DNA from: Escherichia coli
GTDB lineage: Bacteria; Pseudomonadota; Gammaproteobacteria; Enterobacterales; Enterobacteriaceae
Assembly: GCF_050920415.1 (NCBI RefSeq)
Contig: NZ_CP169309.1
Length of the DNA stretch: 64,000 nucleotides
Direction: 5' to 3' (one strand)
Both the position numbers and the translations under genes were made by a program. Under the pieces are notes generated by a model. The model was not told the DNA's origin. It saw only the letters and a program-made list of their open reading frames with translations, and searched no databases. How positions within the stretch are numbered: position 1 is the first letter of the stretch; the number at the start of each line of letters is the position of its first letter. This document shows, one piece after another, positions 1 through 11,855 of this stretch.

Positions 1-1
1 T

Positions 2-439
2 TTGCTGGATTACGGTAACTGGCGGATGAATGGTCTGCGCTGTTCGCTTGATCCGTTGCGTCGTGAAGTGAGCGTTACGGCGCTGACCGACGATAAAGCA
101 TTAATGATGATTAGCTGTGAAGCAGGCGCGTATAACACCATTGATCTTGCGTGGATTGTGTCGCGTAAAAAGCCACTGGCTTCGCGCCCGGTACGGTTGC
201 GTTTGCCGTTCAACAACGGTCAGGAGACCAATGAACTCGAACTGATGAACGCAACATTCGATGAAAAATCGCGTGAACTGGTGACCTTAGCGAAAGGGCG
301 AGGATTAAGCGATTGTGGCATTCAGGCGCGCTGGCGCTTTGACGGTCAGCGTTTTCGCCTGGTGCGTTACGCTGCAGAACCCACCTGCGATAACTGGCAT
401 GGACCAGACGCCTGGCCCACGTTGTGGATCACCCGTTAA
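2..439 (+). CDS. ypfG: C-terminal portion of a DUF1176-family protein (YpfG-like), truncated by the window start
   Basis: ORF runs in from the window edge and stops at 439; the position next to tktB matches the K-12 neighbourhood; identity rests on synteny, not on a recognised motif. Confidence 0.5.
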   Translation: MLDYGNWRMNGLRCSLDPLRREVSVTALTDDKALMMISCEAGAYNTIDLAWIVSRKKPLASRPVRLRLPFNNGQETNELELMNATFDEKSRELVTLAKGRGLSDCGIQARWRFDGQRFRLVRYAAEPTCDNWHGPDAWPTLWITR

Positions 440-461
440 ACATAATAGCGGGAACATGTCA

Positions 462-548
462 GCCTGATAAGACGCGTCAGGCCGGATAAGACGCGGTAGG
501 CCGGATAAGACGCGTCAGCGTCGCATCCGGCAATCAGCATCCGGCGAT
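462..548. repeat. REP/BIME cluster (repetitive extragenic palindromes)
   Basis: Three tandem gccggataagacgcg units followed by cgtcgcatccggc palindromes between ypfG and tktB. Confidence 0.75.
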
Positions 549-553
549 CACCA

Positions 554-2557
554 TCAGGCACCTTTCACTCCCAGTACCTTATGCGCTTTTGCCACAATAT
601 TCTCGGCGGTAAAGCCAAAGAACGGGAACAGCTTATCCGCAGGAGCAGATTCCCCATAACCCGTCATCCCGACAATTGCCCCTTTCAGACCAACATATTT
701 GTACCAGTAATCGGCGATGCCTGCTTCCACCGCCACGCGAGCCGCAACGTTAGAAGGCAACACCGACTCCCGATATTCCTCATCCTGGGCGTCGAAAATA
801 TCGGTCGAGGGCAGGGAAACTACGCGTACATTGCGACCTTCTCCCGCTAATTTCTCCGCTGCTTGCAAGGTGATTTCCATCTCTGAACCAGTGGCAATCA
901 AAATAATATCCGGCTTGCCGCCGCTGTCTTTCAACACATAACCACCGCGGGCAATCTCTTTTACCTGATCTGGCGTACGTTCCACCTGGGCCAGATTCTG
1001 CCTTGAGAGGATAAGCGCCGTCGGCCCGTTGTGACGCTCGACCGCCAGCTTCCAGCCCACCGCAGCTTCCACCTGATCACACGGTCGCCAGGTGCTAAAA
1101 TTCGGCGTCAAGCGCAGACTGGCCAGTTGCTCAACGGCCTGGTGGGTCGGACCATCTTCCCCTAAGCCAATTGAGTCGTGGGTATAAACCATAATCTGCC
1201 GCGCTTTCATCAGTGCCGCCATCCGCGCGGCGTTACGAGCGTATTCAACAAACATCAGGAACGTCGCGGTATACGGCACGAAGCCGCCGTGGTGCGCAAT
1301 GCCATTGGCGATAGCGGTCATACCAAATTCACGCACCCCGTAGTGAATATAATTCCCCGCCGGATCTTCCTTCAGCGACACAGAACCTTTCCAGATGGTG
1401 AGGTTGCTGGGAGCCAGATCCGCCGAACCGCCGAGCAACTCAGGCAGCATCGGCCCGTAAGCGTTAAGCGTATTTTGTGAAGCCTTACGGGTAGCGATTT
1501 TCGCCGGATTCGCCTGCAACTCATTGATATATTTCTGAGTCGTTTTCTCCCAGTCTTTTGGTAAACCACCGCTCATCCGGCGAGTAAACTCTTCTGCCAG
1601 TCGCGGATGAGCCTTTTTATACGCGGCAAACTTCTCATTCCAGCTCTGCTGTGCTTTATCGCCTTTTTCGCGGGCATCCCAGGCGTGATAAATCTCTTTG
1701 GGGATCTCAAATGGCGGATGATGCCAGCCCAGTTTCTGTCGTGCCAGCGCCACCTCTTCTTCACCCAGCGGTGCACCGTGGGCCTCTTCTTTACCCGCTT
1801 TATTGGGTGAACCAAAGCCAATCACCGTACGGCAGATAATCAACGACGGCTTATCTTTTACGCTTTGCGCTTCAAGAATCGCTTCCTTCACCGCCTGCGG
1901 ATCGTGACCGTCGATTTCATGGATCACATGCCAGTGATAGGCTTCAAAACGTTTTGCCGTATCGTCGGTAAACCAGCCTTCGGTTTCACCGTCGATGGAA
2001 ATACCATTGTGATCGTAAAAACCAATCAGCTTGCCCAGCCCCAGCGTGCCCGCCAGCGAACAGACTTCGTGAGAAATACCTTCCATCAGGCAGCCGTCGC
2101 CCATAAACACATAGGTGAAGTGATCGACAATTTCATGATCCGGCTGGTTAAACTGCGCCGCCAGTGTACGTTCTGCTATCGCCAGTCCGACCGCGTTCGC
2201 CAAACCTTGTCCAAGTGGACCGGTGGTGGTTTCAACACCAGGCGTATAGCCAATCTCCGGGTGACCAGGGGTTTTCGAATGCAACTGACGGAAGTTCTTC
2301 AGCTCTTCCAGCGGCAGGTCGTAACCGGTCAGATGAAGCAAACTGTAGAGCAGCATCGACGCGTGACCGTTGGAGAGAATAAAGCGGTCGCGATCATACC
2401 AGGTTGGATCGTTGGGGCTATGTTTAAGAAAATCGTTCCACAGCACTTCGGCAATATCGGCCATGCCCATCGGCGCGCCGGGATGACCAGAATTGGCTTT
2501 TTGCACCGCATCCATACTGAGCGCGCGAATCGCATTGGCAAGGTCTTTTCGGGACAT
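554..2557 (-). CDS. tktB: Transketolase 2
   Basis: ORF 554..2620 trimmed to the internal ATG giving [31 protein letters not shown]..., 667 aa; transketolase TPP-binding N-terminus; the upstream extension would run into talA. Confidence 0.93.
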   Translation of the reverse strand: MSRKDLANAIRALSMDAVQKANSGHPGAPMGMADIAEVLWNDFLKHSPNDPTWYDRDRFILSNGHASMLLYSLLHLTGYDLPLEELKNFRQLHSKTPGHPEIGYTPGVETTTGPLGQGLANAVGLAIAERTLAAQFNQPDHEIVDHFTYVFMGDGCLMEGISHEVCSLAGTLGLGKLIGFYDHNGISIDGETEGWFTDDTAKRFEAYHWHVIHEIDGHDPQAVKEAILEAQSVKDKPSLIICRTVIGFGSPNKAGKEEAHGAPLGEEEVALARQKLGWHHPPFEIPKEIYHAWDAREKGDKAQQSWNEKFAAYKKAHPRLAEEFTRRMSGGLPKDWEKTTQKYINELQANPAKIATRKASQNTLNAYGPMLPELLGGSADLAPSNLTIWKGSVSLKEDPAGNYIHYGVREFGMTAIANGIAHHGGFVPYTATFLMFVEYARNAARMAALMKARQIMVYTHDSIGLGEDGPTHQAVEQLASLRLTPNFSTWRPCDQVEAAVGWKLAVERHNGPTALILSRQNLAQVERTPDQVKEIARGGYVLKDSGGKPDIILIATGSEMEITLQAAEKLAGEGRNVRVVSLPSTDIFDAQDEEYRESVLPSNVAARVAVEAGIADYWYKYVGLKGAIVGMTGYGESAPADKLFPFFGFTAENIVAKAHKVLGVKGA

Positions 2558-2576
2558 ATAACACTCCGTGGCTGGT

Positions 2577-3527
2577 TTATAGTTTGACGGCAAGAAGATC
2601 TTCCAGTTTGCGTTGATCAACGGCGAACAGGCGGATGCCTTCAGAGAGTTTTTCTACCGCCATTGCATCCTGATTGTGCTCCCAACGGAACTCCGCTTCG
2701 CTCATCGGGGCTGGGCGTGGGAACGTCTGAGAAGGCGGGATTAATTTACGCACTACTGGAGAAACTTTTTCCTGCAGCTCCTTCAGCAAATTCGGCGCAA
2801 TAGTCAGTCGATCACAGCCGGTTAAGGCGAGGATTTGTTCGGTGCGACGGAAGCTCGCGCCCATTACAATGGTTTCGTAGTGGTGTTGCTTATAGTAGTC
2901 GTAGATATTGCGCACTGACTTAACGCCCGGATCTTCTTCCACCACATACGGGTCCATCGGCTTACGCGCCTGATACCAGTCATAAATACGCCCGACAAAC
3001 GGCGAAATCAGAAAAACGCCTGCTTCTGCACAGGCCCGCGCCTGAGCAAAAGAAAACAGTAGCGTCAGGTTGCAGTTAATACCTTCTTTTTCCAGTTCTT
3101 CTGCCGCGCGAATTCCTTCCCAGGTTGAAGCCAGCTTGATCAGAATACGTGATTTCTCAACGCCTTGTTGCTGATACAGGTCCACCAAATGGCGCGCCTT
3201 CTCAATACTTTTTTCTTTATCAAAAGAGAGGCGTGCATCAACTTCTGTTGACACGCGACCGGGTACGATTTTGAGAATTTCAGTGCCGAAATTGACCGCC
3301 AGTTTGTCACATGCAGCGACCACCTGTTGTTCCTGGGTCTTGCCATTTTTTTTACCCCAGGCGATAGCATCGTCTATTAAATGCTCATATTGTGATAATC
3401 CGGCAGCCTTGAGTAACAGCGAAGGATTGGTGGTGGCATCCTGGGGATGATAATGGCGAATGGACTCAATATCACCACTGTCTGCCACGACAGTGGTGAA
3501 CTGTTTGATGCCGTCTAACTCGTTCAT
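2577..3527 (-). CDS. talA: Transaldolase A
   Basis: 316 aa, [23 protein letters not shown]... transaldolase; talA-tktB operon arrangement. Confidence 0.93.
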   Translation of the reverse strand: MNELDGIKQFTTVVADSGDIESIRHYHPQDATTNPSLLLKAAGLSQYEHLIDDAIAWGKKNGKTQEQQVVAACDKLAVNFGTEILKIVPGRVSTEVDARLSFDKEKSIEKARHLVDLYQQQGVEKSRILIKLASTWEGIRAAEELEKEGINCNLTLLFSFAQARACAEAGVFLISPFVGRIYDWYQARKPMDPYVVEEDPGVKSVRNIYDYYKQHHYETIVMGASFRRTEQILALTGCDRLTIAPNLLKELQEKVSPVVRKLIPPSQTFPRPAPMSEAEFRWEHNQDAMAVEKLSEGIRLFAVDQRKLEDLLAVKL

Positions 3528-3815
3528 AGGAAATACTCCTTGAAAAGTAAAGTGTTAGATGAGTGCGTTAATTCACACTTCTGAGAAATTTCGCTAAACG
3601 CATCAAAAAAGCATAGCAGACAGGCATGGTATTGCTGGATTAAGCAGGTAACATCAGTGTTATAGGATTATTACCAAAACATTATATTAATGGTGAGAGT
3701 TTGGACTTGCTCAAAGTCTGTAGACTCCGGCAAGGTAATAATGTGCGCCACGTTGTGGGCAGGGGCTGTTGCCCACACACTTTATTTGTGAACGTTACGT
3801 GAAAGGAACAACCAA

Positions 3816-6095
3816 ATGGATGACCAGTTAAAACAAAGTGCACTTGATTTCCATGAATTTCCAGTTCCAGGGAAAATCCAGGTTTCTCCAACCAAGCCTC
3901 TGGCAACGCAGCGCGATCTGGCGCTGGCCTACTCACCAGGCGTTGCCGCACCTTGTCTTGAAATCGAAAAAGACCCGTTAAAAGCCTACAAATATACCGC
4001 TCGTGGTAACCTGGTGGCGGTGATCTCTAACGGTACGGCGGTGCTGGGGTTAGGCAACATTGGCGCGCTGGCAGGCAAACCGGTGATGGAAGGCAAGGGC
4101 GTTCTGTTTAAGAAATTCGCCGGGATTGATGTATTTGACATTGAAGTTGATGAACTTGACCCGGACAAATTTATTGAAGTCGTCGCTGCGCTCGAACCGA
4201 CCTTCGGCGGCATCAACCTCGAAGACATTAAAGCGCCAGAATGTTTCTATATTGAACAGAAACTGCGCGAGCGGATGAATATTCCAGTATTCCACGACGA
4301 TCAGCACGGCACGGCAATTATCAGCACTGCAGCCATCCTCAACGGATTGCGCGTGGTGGAGAAAAACATCTCCGACGTGCGGATGGTGGTTTCCGGCGCG
4401 GGTGCAGCAGCAATTGCCTGTATGAACCTGCTGGTGGCGCTGGGGCTGCAAAAACATAACATCGTGGTTTGTGATTCAAAAGGCGTTATCTATCAGGGCC
4501 GTGAGCCAAATATGGCGGAAACCAAAGCCGCATATGCGGTGGTGGATGACGGCAAACGTACCCTCGATGATGTAATTGAAGGCGCGGATATTTTCCTGGG
4601 CTGTTCCGGCCCGAAAGTGCTGACCCAGGAAATGGTTAAGAAAATGGCTCGTGCGCCGATGATCCTGGCGCTTGCAAACCCGGAACCAGAAATTCTGCCG
4701 CCGCTGGCAAAAGAAGTGCGTCCGGATGCCATCATCTGTACCGGCCGTTCCGACTACCCGAACCAGGTTAATAACGTGCTTTGCTTCCCATTCATCTTCC
4801 GTGGCGCGTTGGACGTTGGTGCAACAGCCATCAACGAGGAAATGAAACTGGCGGCGGTACGCGCGATTGCAGAACTGGCCCATGCGGAACAGAGCGAAGT
4901 CGTTGCTTCGGCGTATGGCGATCAAGATCTGAGCTTCGGCCCGGAATACATCATTCCAAAACCGTTTGATCCGCGTTTGATCGTTAAGATCGCTCCTGCG
5001 GTCGCTAAAGCGGCGATGGAGTCGGGCGTGGCGACGCGTCCGATTGCTGATTTCGACGTCTACATCGACAAGCTGACTGAGTTCGTTTACAAAACCAACC
5101 TGTTTATGAAGCCGATTTTCTCCCAGGCCCGCAAAGCGCCGAAGCGCGTTGTTTTACCGGAAGGGGAAGAGGCACGCGTTCTGCATGCTACTCAGGAACT
5201 GGTGACTCTGGGACTGGCGAAACCGATCCTTATCGGTCGTCCGAACGTGATCGAAATGCGCATTCAAAAACTGGGCTTGCAGATCAAAGCGGGCGTTGAT
5301 TTTGAGATCGTCAATAACGAATCCGATCCGCGTTTTAAAGAATACTGGACCGAATACTTCCAGATCATGAAGCGCCGTGGTGTAACTCAGGAGCAGGCAC
5401 AGCGGGCGCTGATCAGTAACCCGACAGTGATCGGCGCGATCATGGTTCAGCGTGGCGAAGCCGATGCAATGATTTGCGGTACGGTGGGTGATTATCATGA
5501 ACACTTCAGCGTGGTGAAAAATGTCTTTGGTTATCGCGATGGCGTTCACACCGCAGGTGCAATGAACGCGCTGCTATTGCCGAGTGGTAACACTTTTATT
5601 GCCGATACCTACGTCAATGATGAGCCAGACGCAGAAGAGCTGGCGGAGATCACCTTGATGGCGGCAGAAACTGTTCGTCGTTTTGGTATTGAGCCGCGTG
5701 TGGCTCTGTTGTCGCACTCCAACTTTGGTTCTTCTGACTGCCCGTCGTCGAGCAAAATGCGTCAAGCGCTGGAACTGGTCAGAGAGCGTGCGCCAGAACT
5801 GATGATTGATGGTGAAATGCACGGCGATGCAGCGCTGGTGGAAGCGATTCGCAGCGATCGTATGCCGGACAGCCCTTTGAAAGGTTCCGCCAATATTCTG
5901 GTGATGCCGAACATGGAAGCTGCCCGTATTAGTTACAACTTACTGCGCGTTTCCAGCTCGGAAGGTGTGACTGTCGGTCCGGTGCTGATGGGTGTGGCGA
6001 AACCGGTTCACGTGTTAACACCAATCGCATCCGTACGTCGTATCGTCAACATGGTGGCGCTGGCCGTGGTTGAAGCGCAAACCCAACCGCTGTAA
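3816..6095 (+). CDS. maeB: NADP-dependent malic enzyme (malic enzyme domain fused to a phosphotransacetylase-like domain)
   Basis: 759 aa, [23 protein letters not shown]...; length and N-terminus match MaeB. Confidence 0.95.
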   Translation: MDDQLKQSALDFHEFPVPGKIQVSPTKPLATQRDLALAYSPGVAAPCLEIEKDPLKAYKYTARGNLVAVISNGTAVLGLGNIGALAGKPVMEGKGVLFKKFAGIDVFDIEVDELDPDKFIEVVAALEPTFGGINLEDIKAPECFYIEQKLRERMNIPVFHDDQHGTAIISTAAILNGLRVVEKNISDVRMVVSGAGAAAIACMNLLVALGLQKHNIVVCDSKGVIYQGREPNMAETKAAYAVVDDGKRTLDDVIEGADIFLGCSGPKVLTQEMVKKMARAPMILALANPEPEILPPLAKEVRPDAIICTGRSDYPNQVNNVLCFPFIFRGALDVGATAINEEMKLAAVRAIAELAHAEQSEVVASAYGDQDLSFGPEYIIPKPFDPRLIVKIAPAVAKAAMESGVATRPIADFDVYIDKLTEFVYKTNLFMKPIFSQARKAPKRVVLPEGEEARVLHATQELVTLGLAKPILIGRPNVIEMRIQKLGLQIKAGVDFEIVNNESDPRFKEYWTEYFQIMKRRGVTQEQAQRALISNPTVIGAIMVQRGEADAMICGTVGDYHEHFSVVKNVFGYRDGVHTAGAMNALLLPSGNTFIADTYVNDEPDAEELAEITLMAAETVRRFGIEPRVALLSHSNFGSSDCPSSSKMRQALELVRERAPELMIDGEMHGDAALVEAIRSDRMPDSPLKGSANILVMPNMEAARISYNLLRVSSSEGVTVGPVLMGVAKPVHVLTPIASVRRIVNMVALAVVEAQTQPL

Positions 6096-6112
6096 TTCAT
6101 TCTTAACTCTCA

Positions 6113-6145
6113 CGCTTACCCTGAATATTCAGGGTAAGCGGTTTT
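6113..6145 (+). terminator. Rho-independent terminator downstream of maeB
   Basis: Perfect palindrome cgcttaccctgaa tattcagggtaagcg followed by gtttt, 17 bp after the maeB stop. Confidence 0.7.
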
Positions 6146-6387
6146 ACTATAATATATTAGTAAAGCTTATTACTAAGTTTTCGAATAATAAAAAAAGCAG
6201 CATATAAACTATCTCGATATCATTTTATTTATATTCATGCGTTGCATATGAAAGTTTATGCATCACAGTAAATATCTCTCCATTCTTAGTGATCTACCTC
6301 ACCTTTTAAACGCGCTTGCCGAATTTTGTTATTTACTCTGACGAAAAATTGTCACGATACACGCAAGTTTTTCACAGGCGGCGACTT

Positions 6388-6723
6388 ATGGATAAAGAAC
6401 GCATCATTCAGGAATTTGTGCCCGGCAAACAGGTCACACTGGCGCATCTCATTGCGCATCCCGGCGAAGAACTGGCGAAGAAAATCGGCGTTCCGGATGC
6501 GGGCGCAATCGGCATTATGACGCTAACTCCCGGCGAAACGGCGATGATCGCCGGTGATTTAGCACTGAAAGCTGCCGATGTGCATATCGGTTTCCTCGAC
6601 CGTTTTAGCGGCGCACTAGTGATTTATGGCTCGGTGGGCGCAGTAGAAGAAGCGTTATCACAAACCGTCAGTGGTTTAGGTCGTTTATTAAATTATACGC
6701 TTTGTGAAATGACCAAAAGTTAA
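6388..6723 (+). CDS. eutS: Ethanolamine utilisation microcompartment shell protein EutS
   Basis: ORF 6316..6723 trimmed to ATG 6388 ([15 protein letters not shown]...), 111 aa BMC-domain protein; first gene of the eut operon. Confidence 0.9.
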
Positions 6724-6735
6724 TACGAGGCATTC

Positions 6736-7215
6736 ATGAAACGAATTGCGTTTGTGGGTACCGTCGGGGCAGGAAAAACAACGTTATTTAATGCGTTGCA
6801 GGGGAATTATACCCTCGCCAGAAAAACACAGGCCGTGGAATTTAATGATAAGGGTGATATTGATACGCCGGGTGAATATTTTAGCCATCCCCGCTGGTAT
6901 CACGCCTTAATTACCACGCTACAGGATGTGGACATGCTGATTTATGTCCACGGCGCGAATGACCCGGAAAGCCGATTGCCTGCCGGGTTGCTGGATATTG
7001 GTGCCAGCAAACGGCAAATCGCCGTCATCAGTAAAACGGACATGCCGGATGCTGACGTCGCAGCAACGCGAAAGTTATTGCTTGAAACTGGTTTTGAAGA
7101 GCCGATTTTCGAGCTAAACAGCCACGACCCGCAAAGCGTGCAGCAACTGGTGGATTATCTGGCATCTCTCACCGAACAGGAGGAAGCAGGTGAAAAAACT
7201 CATCACAGCGAATGA
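6736..7215 (+). CDS. eutP: Ethanolamine utilisation protein EutP (P-loop GTPase-like)
   Basis: 159 aa, Walker A motif GTVGAGKTT near the N-terminus. Confidence 0.9.
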   Translation: MKRIAFVGTVGAGKTTLFNALQGNYTLARKTQAVEFNDKGDIDTPGEYFSHPRWYHALITTLQDVDMLIYVHGANDPESRLPAGLLDIGASKRQIAVISKTDMPDADVAATRKLLLETGFEEPIFELNSHDPQSVQQLVDYLASLTEQEEAGEKTHHSE

Positions 7216-7891
7216 TATTCGTGAAGCACATGCGCGCGGCGAACAGGCAATGTCTGTGGTTCTGCGCGCCAGCATTATTACCCCGGAAGCCCGCGAAGTG
7301 GCGGACTTGCTGGGGTTTACCATCACCGAATGCACTGAATCGACGCCAGTAGCGGCATCTGTTCCCGTCAGCGTGCCTGCCGATAAAACTGAAAGCCAGC
7401 GTATCCGCGAAACCATCATCGCCCAGCTGCCGGAAGGCCAGTTTACCGAAAGCCTGGTCGCGCAGCTGATGGAAAAAGTGATAAAGGAAAAACAGTCGCT
7501 GGAGCAGGGTGCAATGCAGCCGAGTTTTAAATCGGTGACCGGCAAAGGCGGCATCAAAGTTATTGATGGCAGCAGCGTGAAGTTTGGTCGTTTCGATGGC
7601 GCGGAACCGCACTGCGTAGGCTTGACTGATCTCGTGACCGGAGACGACGGCAGCAGCATGGCCGCCGGTTTTATGCAGTGGGAGAACGCCTTCTTCCCGT
7701 GGACCCTGAACTACGACGAAATCGACATGGTACTGGAAGGGGAGCTTCATGTTCGCCATGAAGGCGAAACCATGATCGCTAAAGCAGGCGACGTGATGTT
7801 TATCCCGAAAGGTTCCAGCATCGAATTTGGTACGACATCCAGCGTGAAATTCCTGTATGTCGCCTGGCCGGCTAACTGGCAATCCCTATGA
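7190..7891 (+). CDS. eutQ: Ethanolamine utilisation protein EutQ (cupin-fold)
   Basis: 233 aa, MKKLITANDIREAHARGEQ...; overlaps eutP by 26 nt; operon position. Confidence 0.9.
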   Translation: MKKLITANDIREAHARGEQAMSVVLRASIITPEAREVADLLGFTITECTESTPVAASVPVSVPADKTESQRIRETIIAQLPEGQFTESLVAQLMEKVIKEKQSLEQGAMQPSFKSVTGKGGIKVIDGSSVKFGRFDGAEPHCVGLTDLVTGDDGSSMAAGFMQWENAFFPWTLNYDEIDMVLEGELHVRHEGETMIAKAGDVMFIPKGSSIEFGTTSSVKFLYVAWPANWQSL

Positions 7892-8691
7892 AAGATTTCA
7901 TCACCGAAGCATGGCTAAGAGCGAACCATACGCTCAGCGAAGGCGCAGAGATCCATCTCCCTGCGGACAGTCGCCTGACGCCCTCTGCCCGGGAGTTACT
8001 GGAAAGCCGCCATCTGCGCATCAAGTTTATTGACGAGCAGGGCCGCCTGTTTGTTGACGATGAACAGCAGCAGCTACAGCCCGTTCACGTGCTGACCAGT
8101 AGTGATGAACATCCGCAGGCGTGCTGCGAACTGTGTCACCAGCCAGTGGCGAAAAAGCCGGACACGCTGACTCACCTGTCGGCGGAAAAAATGGTCGCCA
8201 AAAGCGATCCGCGCCTGGGTTTTCGCGCTGTTCTCGACAGCACCATTGCGCTGGTAGTGTGGCTGCAAATTGAACTGACAGAACCGTGGCAGCCGTGGCT
8301 GGCGGACATCCGTTCGCGTCTTGGCAACATTATGCGTGCCGATGTGTTGGGCGAACCGCTGGGCTGCCAGGCGATTGTCGGGTTTTCTGACGAAGATCTG
8401 CATCGACTTTCTCACCAGCCACTGCGTTATCTCGACCACGATCATCTGGTGCCGGAAGCCAGCCACGGGCGCGATGCGGCGTTGCTGAATCTGCTACGCA
8501 CCAAAGTGCGGGAAACCGAAACCGTCGCGGCGCAGGTGTTTATTACCCGTAGTTTTGAAGTATTACGCCCGGACATCTTGCAGGCGCTGAACCGCCTTTC
8601 CAGCACGGTTTACGTGATGATGATTTTGAGCGTAACGAAGCAGCCGCTAACGGTGAAGCAGATCCAACAACGACTGGGGGAAACGCAATGA
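7888..8691 (+). CDS. eutT: Ethanolamine utilisation cobalamin adenosyltransferase EutT
   Basis: 267 aa; 4-nt overlap with eutQ; operon position. Confidence 0.9.
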   Translation: MKDFITEAWLRANHTLSEGAEIHLPADSRLTPSARELLESRHLRIKFIDEQGRLFVDDEQQQLQPVHVLTSSDEHPQACCELCHQPVAKKPDTLTHLSAEKMVAKSDPRLGFRAVLDSTIALVVWLQIELTEPWQPWLADIRSRLGNIMRADVLGEPLGCQAIVGFSDEDLHRLSHQPLRYLDHDHLVPEASHGRDAALLNLLRTKVRETETVAAQVFITRSFEVLRPDILQALNRLSSTVYVMMILSVTKQPLTVKQIQQRLGETQ

Positions 8692-9704
8692 TTATTGAAC
8701 GTTGTCGTGAACTGGCGTTGCGAGCGCCCGCCAGAGTGGTTTTTCCTGATGCGTTAGACCAACGCGTGCTGAAAGCCGCGCAATATCTGTATCAACAAAG
8801 TCTGGCGACGCCCGTTCTTATCGCCAATCCGTTTGAACTTCGCCAGTTTGCGCTCAGCCACGGCGTGGCGATGGACGGGCTACTGGTGATTGATCCTCGT
8901 AGCAACCTCGCAATGCGGGAAGAATTTGCTGACCGCTGGCAGGCCCGTGCGGGAGATAAAACGCCGTCGGATGCGCTGGAAAAACTTACCGATCCACTAA
9001 TGTTCGCCGCTGCGATGGTTAGCGCTGGTAAAGCGGATGTCTGTATTGCAGGCAACCTCTCTTCAACGGCAAATGTACTACGTGCCGGATTACGCGTTAT
9101 CGGCTTGCAGCCTGGCTGTAAAACGCTCTCCTCCATTTTCCTGATGCTGCCACAGTACAGCGGTCCAGCATTGGGCTTTGCCGATTGCAGCGTAGTGCCA
9201 CAGCCGACGGCGGCGCAGTTGGCGGATATCGCGCTTGCCAGCGCCGAAACCTGGCGAGCCATCACCGGAGAAGAGCCGCGCGTGGCGATGTTGTCGTTTT
9301 CCAGTAACGGCAGCGCCCGTCACCCCTGCGTTGCCAACGTGCAGCAAGCGACAGAAATCGTCCGTGAGCGCGCACCAAAGCTGGTCGTCGATGGCGAGTT
9401 GCAGTTTGACGCCGCCTTTGTGCCGGAAGTGGCGGCGCAAAAAGCGCCAGCCAGCCCGCTACAAGGCAAAGCCAATGTGATGGTTTTTCCGTCGCTGGAG
9501 GCGGGAAATATTGGCTACAAAATCGCACAACGACTTGGCGGATATCGTGCCGTCGGGCCATTGATACAAGGACTTGCCGCGCCGATGCACGATCTCTCTC
9601 GTGGTTGTAGCGTGCAGGAAATTATCGAGCTGGCGCTGGTGGCAGCCGTGCCGCGTCAGACAAAAGTGAACCGCGAAAGCAGTTTACAAACACTGGTTGA
9701 ATGA
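8688..9704 (+). CDS. eutD: Phosphotransacetylase EutD
   Basis: 338 aa PTA-family protein; 4-nt overlap with eutT. Confidence 0.9.
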   Translation: MIIERCRELALRAPARVVFPDALDQRVLKAAQYLYQQSLATPVLIANPFELRQFALSHGVAMDGLLVIDPRSNLAMREEFADRWQARAGDKTPSDALEKLTDPLMFAAAMVSAGKADVCIAGNLSSTANVLRAGLRVIGLQPGCKTLSSIFLMLPQYSGPALGFADCSVVPQPTAAQLADIALASAETWRAITGEEPRVAMLSFSSNGSARHPCVANVQQATEIVRERAPKLVVDGELQFDAAFVPEVAAQKAPASPLQGKANVMVFPSLEAGNIGYKIAQRLGGYRAVGPLIQGLAAPMHDLSRGCSVQEIIELALVAAVPRQTKVNRESSLQTLVE

Positions 9705-9742
9705 ACGGTCCCGTTCTGGACCCCTATAAAGAGGAAAACACA

Positions 9743-10036
9743 ATGGAAGCATTAGGAATGATCGAAACCCGGGGCCTGGTTGCACTGATTGAGGCTTCTG
9801 ATGCGATGGTGAAAGCTGCGCGCGTCAAACTGGTTGGTGTTAAGCAGATTGGCGGCGGCCTGTGTACTGCCATGGTTCGCGGTGATGTTGCAGCCTGTAA
9901 AGCCGCGACCGATGCCGGTGCCGCAGCGGCACAGCGTATCGGTGAACTGGTATCCGTACATGTTATTCCGCGTCCGCACGGCGATCTGGAAGAGGTCTTC
10001 CCGATCGGCCTGAAAGGCGATAGCAGCAACCTGTAA
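9743..10036 (+). CDS. eutM: Microcompartment major shell protein EutM (BMC domain)
   Basis: ORF 9701..10036 trimmed to ATG 9743, which sits behind the RBS aaagaggaaa; [28 protein letters not shown]..., 97 aa. Confidence 0.9.
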   Translation: MEALGMIETRGLVALIEASDAMVKAARVKLVGVKQIGGGLCTAMVRGDVAACKAATDAGAAAAQRIGELVSVHVIPRPHGDLEEVFPIGLKGDSSNL

Positions 10037-10142
10037 TCACCCTGTGTGACGTCGATTCGGGCGTCACGCTCTCTCCTTTTTCAGTTTACCTTCCGCGGAG
10101 GGTAGGGGGAGCTTTTACCTGAAATACGCCACGGAGGCGGGT

Positions 10143-10430
10143 ATGAAACTGGCAGTCGTCACTGGACAAATTGTTTGTACCGTACGCCATCACGGACTGG
10201 CGCATGACAAATTGCTGATGGTGGAAATGATTGATCCACAAGGTAATCCTGACGGGCAATGCGCCGTCGCCATCGACAATATTGGCGCGGGAACCGGGGA
10301 GTGGGTGTTGCTGGTGAGTGGCAGTTCCGCCCGCCAGGCGCATAAAAGCGAAACGTCACCGGTCGATCTGTGCGTGATTGGCATCGTCGATGAGGTGGTC
10401 TCTGGCGGTCAGGTAATTTTCCACAAATAA
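10143..10430 (+). CDS. eutN: Microcompartment vertex protein EutN
   Basis: 95 aa, MKLAVVTGQIVCTVRHHGL...; EutN/CcmL-family pattern. Confidence 0.9.
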   Translation: MKLAVVTGQIVCTVRHHGLAHDKLLMVEMIDPQGNPDGQCAVAIDNIGAGTGEWVLLVSGSSARQAHKSETSPVDLCVIGIVDEVVSGGQVIFHK

Positions 10431-10441
10431 GGCAGAACATC

Positions 10442-11845
10442 ATGAATCAACAGGATATTGAACAGGTGGTGAAAGCGGTACTGCTGAAAATGCAAAGCAG
10501 TGACACGTCGCCCGCCGCCGTTCATGAGATGGGCGTTTTTGCTTCCCTGGATGACGCTGTTGCGGCAGCCAAAATTGCCCAGCAAGGGTTAAAAAGCGTG
10601 GCAATGCGCCAGTTAGCCATTGCTGCCATTCGTGAAGCAGGCGAAAAACACGCCAGAGATTTAGCGGAACTTGCCGTCAGTGAAACGGGTATGAGCCGCG
10701 TAGAAGATAAATTTGCCAAAAACGTCGCTCAGGCACGCGGTACGCCAGGCGTTGAGTGCCTCTCTCCACAGGTGCTGACCGGTGACAACGGCCTGACTTT
10801 AATTGAAAACGCGCCCTGGGGCGTGGTGGCTTCGGTGACGCCTTCCACTAACCCGGCGGCAACCGTAATTAATAACGCCATCAGCCTGATTGCCGCGGGC
10901 AACAGCGTCATTTTTGCCCCGCATCCGGCGGCGAAAAAAGTCTCTCAACGGGCTATTACGTTGCTCAACCAGGCGATTGTTGCCGCAGGCGGGCCGGAAA
11001 ACTTACTGGTTACTGTGGCAAATCCAGATATCGAAACCGCGCAACGTTTGTTCAAGTTCCCGGGTATCGGCCTGCTGGTGGTGACCGGCGGCGAAGCGGT
11101 AGTGGAAGCGGCGCGCAAACACACCAATAAACGTCTGATTGCCGCAGGTGCTGGCAACCCGCCGGTGGTGGTGGATGAAACCGCCGACCTCGCCCGTGCC
11201 GCTCAGTCTATCGTCAAAGGCGCTTCTTTCGATAACAACATCATTTGTGCCGATGAAAAGGTACTGATTGTTGTTGATAGCGTAGCCGATGAACTGATGC
11301 GTCTGATGGAAGGCCAGCACGCGGTGAAACTGACCGCAGAACAGGCGCAGCGACTGCAACCGGTGTTGCTGAAAAATATCGACGAGCGCGGAAAAGGCAC
11401 CGTCAGCCGTGACTGGGTGGGTCGCGATGCGGCGAAAATCGCGGCGGCAATCGGCCTGAACGTGCCGCAAGAAACGCGCTTGCTGTTTGTAGAAACCCCC
11501 GCAGAACATCCGTTTGCCGTGACCGAACTGATGATGCCAGTGCTGCCGGTCGTGCGCGTCGCCAACGTGGCGGATGCCATTGCGCTGGCGGTGAAACTGG
11601 AAGGCGGTTGCCACCACACGGCGGCAATGCACTCGCGCAATATCGAGAACATGAACCAAATGGCGAACGCCATTGATACCAGTATTTTCGTTAAGAACGG
11701 ACCGTGCATTGCCGGGCTGGGGCTGGGCGGGGAAGGCTGGACCACGATGACCATCACTACGCCAACCGGTGAAGGGGTAACCAGCGCGCGTACGTTTGTC
11801 CGTCTGCGTCGCTGTGTATTAGTCGATGCGTTTCGCATTGTTTAA
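10442..11845 (+). CDS. eutE: Acetaldehyde dehydrogenase (acetylating) EutE
   Basis: 467 aa aldehyde dehydrogenase-family protein; operon position. Confidence 0.92.
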   Translation: MNQQDIEQVVKAVLLKMQSSDTSPAAVHEMGVFASLDDAVAAAKIAQQGLKSVAMRQLAIAAIREAGEKHARDLAELAVSETGMSRVEDKFAKNVAQARGTPGVECLSPQVLTGDNGLTLIENAPWGVVASVTPSTNPAATVINNAISLIAAGNSVIFAPHPAAKKVSQRAITLLNQAIVAAGGPENLLVTVANPDIETAQRLFKFPGIGLLVVTGGEAVVEAARKHTNKRLIAAGAGNPPVVVDETADLARAAQSIVKGASFDNNIICADEKVLIVVDSVADELMRLMEGQHAVKLTAEQAQRLQPVLLKNIDERGKGTVSRDWVGRDAAKIAAAIGLNVPQETRLLFVETPAEHPFAVTELMMPVLPVVRVANVADAIALAVKLEGGCHHTAAMHSRNIENMNQMANAIDTSIFVKNGPCIAGLGLGGEGWTTMTITTPTGEGVTSARTFVRLRRCVLVDAFRIV

Positions 11846-11855
11846 GGAGTAACCG

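Noticed and set aside
1865-2587. 240-aa plus-strand ORF inside tktB
   Set aside because: Lies entirely antisense within a confidently identified transketolase gene; no RBS context or recognisable domain.
554-2620. Longer N-terminal extensions offered by the ORF track for tktB (688 aa), and likewise for murR, ucpA, ypeA, yfeX, zipA, eutS, eutM and ypeB
   Set aside because: Internal ATG starts reproduce the recalled protein lengths and N-termini and avoid overlap with neighbouring genes; the extensions lack RBS support.
7169-7882. 237-aa minus-strand ORF antisense to eutQ, and the 181-aa ORF at 7114-7659
   Set aside because: Fully overlapped by eutP/eutQ on the opposite strand inside a tightly packed operon; no recognisable protein features.
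11003-11838. 218-aa and 211-aa minus-strand ORFs antisense to eutE
   Set aside because: Antisense to a confidently identified aldehyde dehydrogenase gene; low-complexity Ala/Ser/Thr-rich translations typical of spurious reverse-strand frames.
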